A stretch of 50,030 nt of DNA, taken from assembly GCA_050633305.1 (NCBI GenBank), contig JBOEGF010000016.1, positions 134,059 through 184,088 of the forward strand, in the 5' to 3' direction. This stretch comes from Nannocystales bacterium. Lineage in GTDB: Bacteria > Myxococcota_A > Polyangia > Nannocystales > Nannocystaceae. Below the pieces are notes generated by a model that did not search any database, was not told the origin of the DNA, and saw only the letters and a program-made list of their open reading frames with translations. Below are positions 28,332-36,985 of this stretch, piece after piece. Position 1 is the first letter of the stretch, and each line of letters begins with the position of its first letter. The position numbers and the translations under genes are program-made.

Positions 28332-28736
28332 ATGTCGCTGAGGATCGCCAAGCTCCCCAAACCACAACGAGGCCACAACGAGAGGCGCATCAACCGCTCC
28401 GAGCACGCTGCAGATGCGCTCGAATTGGCGCTGACCAGCGCTGCGTCGCGCGCCAACCTCGATGCTGTCCTCCTTGTCGACGACGCCGGACTGCTCGTCA
28501 GCAATAGCGACACCCCGTTGGACCTCAGCATGCTCGCCGCGGTGACGCCGATCGTGGGTCGCGGAAAAGCCGTACCGCGGATCAAGCGGGACGGTGAGAA
28601 GCGCGAGATGAGTGTGCGGGCGCTCGATGTCGACGGCGACATCCTCTACGTCGCGGCACTCGGTGGCGACAGCACCAGCCGACAGCGCGAGCTCGCGCGC
28701 AGCTTGTCTGCGGCAAAGCGCATCCTCGCGGCCTGA
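28332..28736 (+). CDS. Roadblock/LC7-like small protein
   Basis: Helix then AVLLVDDAGLLVS strand-turn motif, with terminal helix, as in roadblock folds. Confidence 0.55.
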   Translation: MSLRIAKLPKPQRGHNERRINRSEHAADALELALTSAASRANLDAVLLVDDAGLLVSNSDTPLDLSMLAAVTPIVGRGKAVPRIKRDGEKREMSVRALDVDGDILYVAALGGDSTSRQRELARSLSAAKRILAA

Positions 28737-28773
28737 TTGATCCGGACCCGCATCGGGGTCCACACTGCGACGG

Positions 28774-29439
28774 ATGGCGTCTCGTTCGTTCGGCTTCTTG
28801 GGCGTGCTGCTGTTGCTGCTCGCGTCCTCGCCAGCGACCGCGGGCAAATCCAAGTCTCGCCGCGTGCCGAACATGCCGCGCGGTTGGAGTTGGCCCGCCA
28901 ACCCAGCGATGCTCGAGGCAGGGAAGCGCTGCCTCGAGACCCTGGACGAGCACGAAATCGCCTACGAAGGTGGCGCCGCCAAGAAGGTGAACACGCCGAT
29001 CCTCGTCCCTACGATGGAGCTCGCCGGAGTCCGGCTGGAGCCCACCTGGCGAAAAGGGCCGTTCGTGTTGGACTGTCACCTCGCCCTCGCGCTGCACACG
29101 GTCGGGCCTGAGCTGAAGGAGCTGGGGGTCGCTGCGCTGCGGTTCTCGACGATTCACGACCACCGCTACGTCAAGCGGAACGGACGGAAGACGAACATCC
29201 TCAGCCGACACGCGATCGGGTTGGCGATGGACATCTTCGAGGTTCGGTTGGCCGATGGCCGGGTGCTGAAGGTGAAGCAGTCGTACGCCTCCGAGGACGT
29301 GCTTCATCGCGTGGAACGCGTCTTCGCTCAGAGCGAGGCCTTTCGGACTCCTCTGACGCCGGGCAACGACCCGAAGGGGCACGATGACCACTTCCACATC
29401 GAAGCCCGAATGCCGCTGACATCGAAGCGCGCGCGGTAG
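28774..29439 (+). CDS. Extensin-like C-terminal domain protein (LAS-type Zn peptidase fold), secreted
   Basis: Signal peptide, DC.LA.AL, SRHA.GLAMD, LTP....HDDHFH. Confidence 0.82.
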   Translation: MASRSFGFLGVLLLLLASSPATAGKSKSRRVPNMPRGWSWPANPAMLEAGKRCLETLDEHEIAYEGGAAKKVNTPILVPTMELAGVRLEPTWRKGPFVLDCHLALALHTVGPELKELGVAALRFSTIHDHRYVKRNGRKTNILSRHAIGLAMDIFEVRLADGRVLKVKQSYASEDVLHRVERVFAQSEAFRTPLTPGNDPKGHDDHFHIEARMPLTSKRAR

Positions 29440-29505
29440 CGGCGGCGGCGATTTCGCACAGGCCGACCCTGCGGTGTGCAGGCACGGCTGTGATAGCGTC
29501 CGAGC

Positions 29506-30648
29506 ATGGATTGTCGTTGGACGCTCGCGTTGTCGTCGCTGGCTTTTGTCAGCTGCACAGAGGCTCGGCAGGAGGATGACGTGGTTCCCCCCATGACCAC
29601 CGTGAGCGAGTCCGCTCAAGGCTCCTCGGGTGACGCGTCGTCTTCCACGACGATGATCGAGGATGACGACGACATCAAGCTCGACGTCGGTGTCGACACG
29701 GACAACCCCAACAGTGGCGGAGACCCGGACGGCGACGAGAGCGGCTGCGACAAGGTCGACTTCCTGTTTGTGATCGACAACTCCGGGTCGATGGGTCCGT
29801 TCCAGGAGAACCTGGTCACCAACTTCCCCGGGTTCATCAACACCATCCAGCAGACGCTCGATGAGGCACAGGACTATCACATCATGGTGGTGGACACGGA
29901 TCCTGCGCCGCCGGCTGACTGCCCTGCATTGTGCGACCAGATCGACGCCGATGGCTGTCTCATGCCGGACGGCAGCTGCCCGATCCTCAACCTCGAGAAC
30001 CCGCTATGCCAGTTCTCGTGCATCACCGCGCTGGAGTGCACCTCGTCGCCCGGCGGCTGTGCTGCGCCGATCGAGCCCGAGCCGTGCGAGATCATGGGTG
30101 CCGGTGTTGTCTACCCACGTGGCTCGGATGCCTCCAACACGGAGTGCAACTTCGCCAGCGGCGAGCGCTTCATGGATGCGAGCGAGCCCGACCTGCAAGC
30201 CGCGTTTAGCTGCGCCGCCCGAGTGGGGACCGCTGCAAGCGGTGCGTCCGAGCAACCGATGGGTGCGATCGTGGAAGCCGTCACACCAGGGCGGCCCGCC
30301 TTCGAATGCAACGGCGACTTCATTCGCGATGACGCGATCTTGGTCGTCACGTTCATCACCGACGAGGATGACGATGCGGGGGACGGATCGTCCGGCACGG
30401 TCGAGGGATGGCGGCAGGCGCTGATCGCTGCCAAGAACGGTGATGACCAGGCGATCGTGACACTGGGCCTCTTCGGCGGCGCCGGGTGTGGTGAGGACAG
30501 CCTGCGTCTGACCCAGTTCGTCGACAGCTGGGAAGACCGTGGCCTCCAAGGCAGCGTCTGTGGCGACTACCAGGGCTTCTTCCAACAGGCCGTCGATCTC
30601 ATCGACACCACCTGCGACGAGTTTATCCCGCCCAAGCCCGTCGGTTGA
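29506..30648 (+). CDS. vWA-like Cys-rich lipoprotein
   Basis: Lipobox FVS-C, S/T stalk, CDKVDFLFVIDNSGSM, FIRDDAILVVTFITDEDD. Confidence 0.85.
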   Translation: MDCRWTLALSSLAFVSCTEARQEDDVVPPMTTVSESAQGSSGDASSSTTMIEDDDDIKLDVGVDTDNPNSGGDPDGDESGCDKVDFLFVIDNSGSMGPFQENLVTNFPGFINTIQQTLDEAQDYHIMVVDTDPAPPADCPALCDQIDADGCLMPDGSCPILNLENPLCQFSCITALECTSSPGGCAAPIEPEPCEIMGAGVVYPRGSDASNTECNFASGERFMDASEPDLQAAFSCAARVGTAASGASEQPMGAIVEAVTPGRPAFECNGDFIRDDAILVVTFITDEDDDAGDGSSGTVEGWRQALIAAKNGDDQAIVTLGLFGGAGCGEDSLRLTQFVDSWEDRGLQGSVCGDYQGFFQQAVDLIDTTCDEFIPPKPVG

Positions 30649-31091
30649 TGTCCGAGCTCGGGTTCAAGCGCCGCAACCCGGAGTTCGAAGCTCGGGTTCG
30701 CGAGAGCTTTGGCAGACAGACGATCATGGGTCTGCTCGGCGCGACGTTGCACCGTGTTGAGCTTGGCCGTGTGAGCGTGGTGCTTCCCGCTCGTGCAGAC
30801 CTCTGCCAGCAAGACGGCTACTTTCATGCAGGGGTCTCCACCACCATCGCGGACAGTGCAGCGGGCTACGCCGCCCTCACGCTGTTCGATGCACAGACGG
30901 AGGTGCTCAGTACCGAGTTCAAGGTCAACCTGCTCGCGCCTGCCGTGGGCGATCGACTGCGGGCAGTCGCGACGGTGCTCAAGCCGGGGCGGACGTTGAC
31001 GGTCGTCGAAGCGGATGTATTCGCGGACGTCGACGACAAGGCGGTTCGGTGCGTGCGCTTCTTGGGCACGATGATCGCTGTGCGCGGCTGA
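30648..31091 (+). CDS. PaaI family thioesterase
   Basis: QQDGYFHAG...ADSAAGYA, EFKVNLLAPA, KPGRTL. Confidence 0.92.
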   Translation: MSELGFKRRNPEFEARVRESFGRQTIMGLLGATLHRVELGRVSVVLPARADLCQQDGYFHAGVSTTIADSAAGYAALTLFDAQTEVLSTEFKVNLLAPAVGDRLRAVATVLKPGRTLTVVEADVFADVDDKAVRCVRFLGTMIAVRG

Positions 31092-31318
31092 CCCGATCCG
31101 AGGCTGCGGGAAGAGCGTGCAGCACCGTCTCGATCTGGGGGGGCGGATGTCCACATTGAGTCGGGAGGCTACGTGGGTCGGTGTGGCCACGCATACGCAC
31201 CTACATACGTGGGGCCCACGGAGCGCGGCCGTCACGAAGAGCGGCCCTGCGGCTCTGGACGGGTCCTGGAAGCGATCGCGCGTCCACCACACCCTACGTG
31301 GCCGCCGGCTGCGGGACT

Positions 31319-31334
31319 CGGAACGCTGTTTGCA
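31319..31334 (+). promoter_or_regulatory. sigma54 (-24/-12) promoter
   Basis: CGGAACG-CTGT-TTGCA with exact GG-N10-GC spacing. Confidence 0.5.
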
Positions 31335-31347
31335 GTGCCCGGTCGGC

Positions 31348-31638
31348 ATGCACCTCCAACCCCCCAAACGCGTCGCCGTCGCCATCACGTCGAACGATGG
31401 AAACACCCTGTGCGGGTTCCGAACGACCGCCCCCCCGGGGGATGCGGAGCAGTTGTTCGCGTCGTCGGTGGGGCGGCTCCGACGGGCTGGCCAGAGCGAG
31501 GGGGGACCCGTCGTCCTGTCGATCGAAACCGCGCGAAAGAACTACGCGTCGCTACAGGAAGCCGAGCGCGGGCTGGAGGAGGCGCTTCATCTCCGCCTCT
31601 CCGACAAACCCACGGTCGAGAACCCCCGCCAACGCTGA
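31348..31638 (+). CDS. Small hypothetical protein
   Basis: 96-aa in-frame part of ORF 31117-31638, starting just after the sigma54-like motif. Confidence 0.5.
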   Translation: MHLQPPKRVAVAITSNDGNTLCGFRTTAPPGDAEQLFASSVGRLRRAGQSEGGPVVLSIETARKNYASLQEAERGLEEALHLRLSDKPTVENPRQR

Positions 31639-31777
31639 GCCCACGGGGGTCGGAACCTCGCCGTCTTGAGCGTGGTGTGCGTCCGAGGCTCGAGCTGAGG
31701 GTCGTCTTCCGCGGAAGCCTTGCGGCACTAGGCGTGCGCGGTAGGACCGGTGGGTGCACGAACCAGCCGGGGGAGCG

Positions 31778-32230
31778 ATGCCGCGAGTCGACCGAGCCCA
31801 GCTGTTTTGGTACCGCTGGCTACTTGCCTCGAGCGGGTTCTTCATCCTGTTTGGGGTCGTGAGCGCCGTGGCCGGAAGCCTCCCCCCCGCGTCCGTGTGG
31901 GGCCGCTGGATCGCCGAGCACTTCTTTGGCGGCCCGATGCCGGGTGAGGCCCAGGTCATCTTCGACTTCATGCGAGGCCCGCTGGGAGGAACGATGGCCG
32001 GCCACTACGTTCTGCAGACCGCCCTCGTCGCCGTTCCCGTCCGTCGTGGCGAGCGGTGGGCGAGCGGTGCGATCGTTGTCGCGACAATGGTCTGGTTTTG
32101 TGTGGACAGCGGTGTCTCACTCTCCCATGGGGCTTGGTTCAACGTTCTGCAGGTGAATCTGCTCGCGTTGGTCGTCACCGTGGGTGGCGTTGTCGGGCTG
32201 GAAATCCAGGCTCGTCGTCCGGGTGTCTGA
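31778..32230 (+). CDS. Hypothetical 4-TM membrane protein
   Basis: GGGGAG RBS, four hydrophobic helices, GPLGGTM.G and WF.VDS..S motifs. Confidence 0.7.
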   Translation: MPRVDRAQLFWYRWLLASSGFFILFGVVSAVAGSLPPASVWGRWIAEHFFGGPMPGEAQVIFDFMRGPLGGTMAGHYVLQTALVAVPVRRGERWASGAIVVATMVWFCVDSGVSLSHGAWFNVLQVNLLALVVTVGGVVGLEIQARRPGV

Positions 32231-32360
32231 ACCCCGGGCCGTCACGAGGTCGCCGGTTGGGGGGAATTCAGGGGGCGAAACTGCTCACATGTGCCGGTCG
32301 GCCCGAACGGGGACATTCGAGTTGCTGACTTCTCGCGGTGACGCCCAATTGCGATGCAGA

Positions 32361-32588
32361 ATGTTCACAGTGGAAGACTCTCGGGAAACCGTCGAGACGG
32401 ACATGTCGGAGACGGCGATGCTTTGCATGGCTCGCGAACGACTCCGGGCTGCGTTGGAGTTGCTCGGGACTCGGGGCGTCGAGACCGTGCTCGATGAATC
32501 GATCGAGGGCGCTCGGGTCATGGCTTCGGACGCGAAGAGACTGCTGCGTGCATTGCACCGTCACCGCACCGGGCGCAAGCAGGGCTGA
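32361..32588 (+). CDS. Small helical protein, paralog of 45174-45410
   Basis: Ungapped alignment to the 45174 protein, 35/69 identities by hand count. Confidence 0.7.
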   Translation: MFTVEDSRETVETDMSETAMLCMARERLRAALELLGTRGVETVLDESIEGARVMASDAKRLLRALHRHRTGRKQG

Positions 32589-32615
32589 CAAGCGGGAAAG
32601 CCCCGACGCGTGCTC

Positions 32616-32885
32616 TCAACGTTCACGAGGCCTGTGTCGTCGATCCATTCGCGCTCGGGCCTGCTCTCGGGCGGGAACAAACACCGCCCCCCGCCGGAGC
32701 ACGAGCTCCCGCAGTCGTTCGGGCAGGTCGTAGTGGGGCGTCCGCGCACCGTCGTGCCAGCACTGCCCGGGAACGCCGACTTTGGCCGCGAAGTCCCGCA
32801 GCTCCTCGGGTGTGTCGGCGGTGAGGTGGCACGTTGGCCTTCGACCTGCCTTCCACACCTTCAACTCGTCTACGAAGACTCCCAT
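32616..32885 (-). CDS. DUF4031 family protein
   Basis: VFVD, CHL.ADT.EEL..FA..VG, PHYDL...R...L..GA motifs. Confidence 0.85.
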   Translation of the reverse strand: MGVFVDELKVWKAGRRPTCHLTADTPEELRDFAAKVGVPGQCWHDGARTPHYDLPERLRELVLRRGAVFVPAREQARARMDRRHRPRER

Positions 32886-32963
32886 CGTTCGGCGAGTGCA
32901 GCGTCCCGCAACTGCGGCCCGGGTCGCCACCCAAAAGGCATCGCGAGCGTGCTCGGGCAGCAG

Positions 32964-33428
32964 CTATTCCAACCACTGCGAGGACGACAGGTGCGTCGGG
33001 GCTGAACGCCCGCTCTCATGCGCTCCGTAAACCAATCCCTGAACCGTACTCAGCAGGGACTTGGGGTCGACGGGCTTCTGTATCCAACCGTGGACCCCCA
33101 AATCTCGCGCTCTGGGATCGCGCGCGACGTGCTCTCCATAGGCGGTGAGCATGAGCACCGGGGGGAGTGTTGTTCTCGACACCCGCGCCGCGGCAAGAAA
33201 CTCCAGGCCGTTCATACACGGCATGCTCAGGTCACAAAGCACACAGCTGATCTCGCTCGTGAGCTTCTTGAGAGCGTCGGGGCCGTCGATTGCTTCGAGA
33301 ACCTCGAACTCCGGACGTAGGGCGCGCGTGGCGAGGATTCGCGCGCAGAGCGAGTCGTCGACAATCAAGACCTTGTTACCGACACGGCCCCCGCGGAGCG
33401 GAGGGGTTCGGTCCGTGTGTCGGGGCAT
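32964..33428 (-). CDS. Single-domain CheY-like response regulator, paralog of 44612-45082
   Basis: VLIVDDS, CDLSMP.MNG, MLTA, GWIQKP. Start uncertain. Confidence 0.82.
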   Translation of the reverse strand: MPRHTDRTPPLRGGRVGNKVLIVDDSLCARILATRALRPEFEVLEAIDGPDALKKLTSEISCVLCDLSMPCMNGLEFLAAARVSRTTLPPVLMLTAYGEHVARDPRARDLGVHGWIQKPVDPKSLLSTVQGLVYGAHESGRSAPTHLSSSQWLE

Positions 33429-33603
33429 GCCCGGTCGTATCGGCGCCCACACCCCGAGCTGTATGGTGGGTCCCCTATCGGGCCGCTTTGGCGTCGGCCC
33501 GCGAGGTCGCGCGCATGCACGGAGTGCGCCCCGGTCGCGCTCGCCGCTCGACGGACAGACCTGCAGCGGTCTCTCGCGTTGCGCTGCGGCGGTGACCCGG
33601 CGC

Positions 33604-33698
33604 TGTCGGTGGCTCGACGCGGGGTGTCGAGATCCTTTACACCGTCCGCCAAGTCAGCCGCGAAACCAGGGCAAGGTCGGGTTGGCGCGCTGTGTGAA
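33604..33698 (+). promoter_or_regulatory. Tandem enhancer boxes and weak sigma54 promoter for the desaturase gene
   Basis: Boxes starting TGTCG at 33604 and 33625 (TGT-N11-ACA). TGGCGCG-N4-GTGAA at 33683 has an imperfect -12. Confidence 0.4.
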
Positions 33699-33710
33699 AG
33701 CGGTGTTGGT

Positions 33711-34574
33711 GTGTCCACGGAAAGTGCAACTGCTCGCCCGTCGCCGCTGGAGTCGGTGGCGCCCTCGGCTCGACCGCCTGTCGTCACCTGGTTCGTTCTC
33801 CCCGCCTTGGTGGCGGCGATTGGCCTCGCAACATGGACGTTGCTGACCAAGACGGCGCTGCCACGACCTGTGGCGTCAAGCCTGCCGCTTCTCGGTTGCG
33901 CGTTGATGATCTGGGCGCTCGAGTACCGGTTTCCCGCCCACGCGAGTTGGAACCGTCGTCCCGATACGAAGGATGTCGTGTTGTTGATCGTGAACCGGCT
34001 GGTCGATGCCGCGCTGCTCGGTACGATGGTGACGGTGATGGCGATGCTCACCGAGGGGTCCGGCGTGGACCTCCCTTGGCCAAGACAGTGGCCCGTCGCG
34101 GCGCAGGTGCTGCTTGGGCTGCTCATCGCAGAGGTGATCCGATACGCGATGCACCGTTGGTCACACCGGCCCGGTTTCTGGTGGCGGGTGCATCGAACCC
34201 ACCACGAGCCCAACCGTATGTACGTCCTCAACGGGCCCCGTCTGCACCCCGTCAACTACATCTGGGTCGCCGGAGCGCACGGAGTGCCCACCCTCCTGCT
34301 CGGCGCCGAGCTTGACGTCGTGCTGGTGTTGGTCAATGTCACCGCGCTCTTTGTGGTGTTCCAACATGCGAACCTCCGGCTGCGTTTTGACGGACTCAAT
34401 CAGGTGCTGGCGACCCCCGATGTTCACCGGCTCCATCACGCGCGCGACATGCCTGAGCGAGGTGTGAACTACTCGATCGTACTGCTGCTGATCGACCGAC
34501 TCTTCGGGACGTACAAACCTCCGCACGCTGTGGCGGCGGACGGGATTGGGTTGGCCGAGAAGGTGCAGTCGTAG
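33711..34574 (+). CDS. Sterol desaturase / fatty acid hydroxylase family protein
   Basis: His boxes HRWSH, HRTHH, FQHAN, HRLHH; NYS...IDRLFGTY; several TMs. Start uncertain. Confidence 0.9.
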   Translation: MSTESATARPSPLESVAPSARPPVVTWFVLPALVAAIGLATWTLLTKTALPRPVASSLPLLGCALMIWALEYRFPAHASWNRRPDTKDVVLLIVNRLVDAALLGTMVTVMAMLTEGSGVDLPWPRQWPVAAQVLLGLLIAEVIRYAMHRWSHRPGFWWRVHRTHHEPNRMYVLNGPRLHPVNYIWVAGAHGVPTLLLGAELDVVLVLVNVTALFVVFQHANLRLRFDGLNQVLATPDVHRLHHARDMPERGVNYSIVLLLIDRLFGTYKPPHAVAADGIGLAEKVQS

Positions 34575-34577
34575 CCG

Positions 34578-34692
34578 TGCGAAGCGATTCGACAGCGGTG
34601 TCGACGATACATGCAGTTGGTCGGTACGTCGGTTCGGGCGGCCACGAGGATGCACGGGTTTCCCGGGGTCTCGGGGCGGCACGGATGTTGCG
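34578..34692 (+). promoter_or_regulatory. Tandem enhancer boxes and consensus sigma54 promoter
   Basis: Boxes at 34578 and 34599. CGGCACG-GATG-TTGCG at 34677-34692 matches the -24/-12 consensus. Confidence 0.7.
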
Positions 34693-34704
34693 AAGGCCGG
34701 GCAC

Positions 34705-35676
34705 ATGACAACCAACAGATTGTTGCTCTGCCTTGGTCTTCTCGCCGCGAGCTGTACCTCCTCGGACTCCGAGCACACGGAGACCTCCGGGCATTCGACT
34801 GACGGGACGGGCGGTGTCTCGGCGACGAGCGGCACGACGAGCGGCTCAACCCTCGGCGAATCCTCGGGCAGTGTCGAGACTTCGAGCACCGGAAGCTCTT
34901 CGGGAGATCCCACGACAACCTCTGAGACCGGCGGTGTGGCGTCGATTCGTTTCGCCCACATGTCCGTGGAACAGAGGCCGGTGATGATCTGTGCGGACGG
35001 GGCCGCGGTAGCACCCTTCGAAGCACGCTCGATCGCATATCCCGAAGTCACGGCCTATGTCGCGATCGCTGCGGCTGCAGAGTTCAGCCTGGTTCCCGAA
35101 GGCGACGACTGCGCCGCCGAGTCGGCGTTGTCCGTCCCGCTGGAGCTCGGCGAAAATGAACTCGCGACGGTCGTGCTCTACGGCGACCCTGGCCTCCCGG
35201 AGCGTCCCCTCGAACTCGCGGTGCTGCTCGACGCAAGCGGAACGCCGCCCACGAATCCAGACCTCGCACGCGCACGGGTCTTCCATACGGACACGGACAT
35301 CGGGCCGATTGACGTGGGTGTCTCCCCGGCCGAGGGGGTGCGTCTGCACGTCTTCGGCGGCGTTCCCTACGGGGGCCGAGCGAGCGGATCTGACGTCGGA
35401 CAGCTGGGCGAACGGCACTACGTTGACGGCATTCCCGTGGTGCTTCCCGCCGAACGCCTCAACATCTGGGAGCACGAAAGCCCAACGGTCCTTGGCTGGT
35501 TTTCAACTGAAGACCCGCCCTTCGAAGCAAACGGGGTCTTCAGCGTGTTCGCAGCGGGGAGGGTCAGCACCGGAACCCCCGAAGCGGTGATCTGCCGAGA
35601 TGAGGTCGAGTCTGCAACCGAACGTGCGCCCTGGGCCGCATGTGAAGTGTTCGTCCCCAACAGGCCGGACCGGTGA
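34705..35676 (+). CDS. DUF4397-like lipoprotein
   Basis: Lipobox LAAS-C, S/T stalk, two repeats starting IRFAH and ARVFH...IDV. Confidence 0.7.
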   Translation: MTTNRLLLCLGLLAASCTSSDSEHTETSGHSTDGTGGVSATSGTTSGSTLGESSGSVETSSTGSSSGDPTTTSETGGVASIRFAHMSVEQRPVMICADGAAVAPFEARSIAYPEVTAYVAIAAAAEFSLVPEGDDCAAESALSVPLELGENELATVVLYGDPGLPERPLELAVLLDASGTPPTNPDLARARVFHTDTDIGPIDVGVSPAEGVRLHVFGGVPYGGRASGSDVGQLGERHYVDGIPVVLPAERLNIWEHESPTVLGWFSTEDPPFEANGVFSVFAAGRVSTGTPEAVICRDEVESATERAPWAACEVFVPNRPDR

Positions 35677-35695
35677 CGCTGTCGCGCCTGCTACG

Positions 35696-36985
35696 GTGGT
35701 CACGGTGACAACGGACTCCGCACAGCTGCGCGCGGTCGGGGCGGCGTTCTTGATGAAGCGACCGTTCATCGTCGCACCAGGCATCGTCCTCGGTGTGACG
35801 ATGTTTGTGCTCGCGGGGGTGCCGAAGGCTCAGCTTGCGACGCTGGGCCCCAGCCTCAGCTCGATGTTCGCGTTCTTCTGTATCGAGGCCTGGATCTGTC
35901 GAACGCGTGACGTCAGCGCGCGCTGGCTGGCGTGGTCGCTCCACATCACGCTGCTGGGCATCACGTTCGCCTGCGCGATGAGTGGTGGCGTGCGGAGCCC
36001 GTTCCTTCCTCTGTCGCTTGCGCCTGTGGTGGTCTCGTTCGCGGCATTTGGCCGCGGACGGCAGAGCCGTTCGATCGCGGTCACGTTTGTCTCCGCCGTC
36101 GTCGTCTTGGTTGGGGTGCCGCAGGCGTGGCCTTGGCCTCAGGTCCCCGCGCCCTACTCCACGGGGATGACGGCCGTGAGCGCAGCGATGGCAGTGGCGC
36201 TGGCGTATGTCGGGGTCGCGCAACTCAGCGACGCGCTGGCGACCTCGCGGGAGTCGTTGCTCCGCATGCGGGAGGACGCGCTGCTCAACGCCATGGACCG
36301 GCTGCGGTCGCAGGAGACGATGCGAGAGAAGCTGGCCCACGAACTCAAGAACCCTCTCGCCTCGATCAAGGGGCTCGCCCAGCTTGCGGCCGCTGATGCG
36401 GAGGGAACCTCGAGGAAGAAACGTTTCGATGTGCTGCTGACTGCCGCGCACCACATGGAAGGCGTGCTGGAGGAGTATTTGTCCTTTGCGCGACCGGTTG
36501 GGGAACTCCAGCTGGAATCGGTCGACATCGACACGCTGGTTGGCGAGACCCTCGAGTTGGTGTCGATGCCGGCTCAGCGCGCCCGAGTTGCGCTGACGCG
36601 ACGGGGGACGGCCGGACGGGTCGTGGCCGACCGTCGCCGCATCACCGAAGCGCTACTCAACGTGCTCACCAACGCGATCGAGGCCAGCGCATCGCCAGCA
36701 TCGGTTGAAGTCTCGCTCGAGTGCACAGACACCGACGCGCGCATCCATGTTGAGGACGAAGGCGTAGGCTTGTCTCCGACGGAGCTCGAGCGCTTGGGCA
36801 CTCCGTACTTCACGACCAAAGACACCGGCACTGGACTGGGTGTTGTGATCGCCATGGCGGCCATGCGGGATCACGGCGGGGACCTACGGTTCTCGAGCAA
36901 CGACGCGGGTGGGACCACGGCGAGCCTACGCCTCCCCCTGAAACACAAAGAGGGAACTGAGCATGTCTCACATACTGGTGGTTGA
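35696..36985 (+). CDS. Membrane sensor histidine kinase
   Basis: About 6 TMs, LAHELKNPL, NVLTNAIEA, DEGVG, PYFTTK, GTGLG. Start approximate. Confidence 0.9.
   Translation: MVTVTTDSAQLRAVGAAFLMKRPFIVAPGIVLGVTMFVLAGVPKAQLATLGPSLSSMFAFFCIEAWICRTRDVSARWLAWSLHITLLGITFACAMSGGVRSPFLPLSLAPVVVSFAAFGRGRQSRSIAVTFVSAVVVLVGVPQAWPWPQVPAPYSTGMTAVSAAMAVALAYVGVAQLSDALATSRESLLRMREDALLNAMDRLRSQETMREKLAHELKNPLASIKGLAQLAAADAEGTSRKKRFDVLLTAAHHMEGVLEEYLSFARPVGELQLESVDIDTLVGETLELVSMPAQRARVALTRRGTAGRVVADRRRITEALLNVLTNAIEASASPASVEVSLECTDTDARIHVEDEGVGLSPTELERLGTPYFTTKDTGTGLGVVIAMAAMRDHGGDLRFSSNDAGGTTASLRLPLKHKEGTEHVSHTGG

Noticed and set aside
31636..31675. tRNA 3'-end-like fragment (possible att site)
   Set aside because: Minus-strand GGTTCCGACCCCCGTGGGCTCA only loosely resembles a T arm and does not match the tRNA-Arg at 43839.
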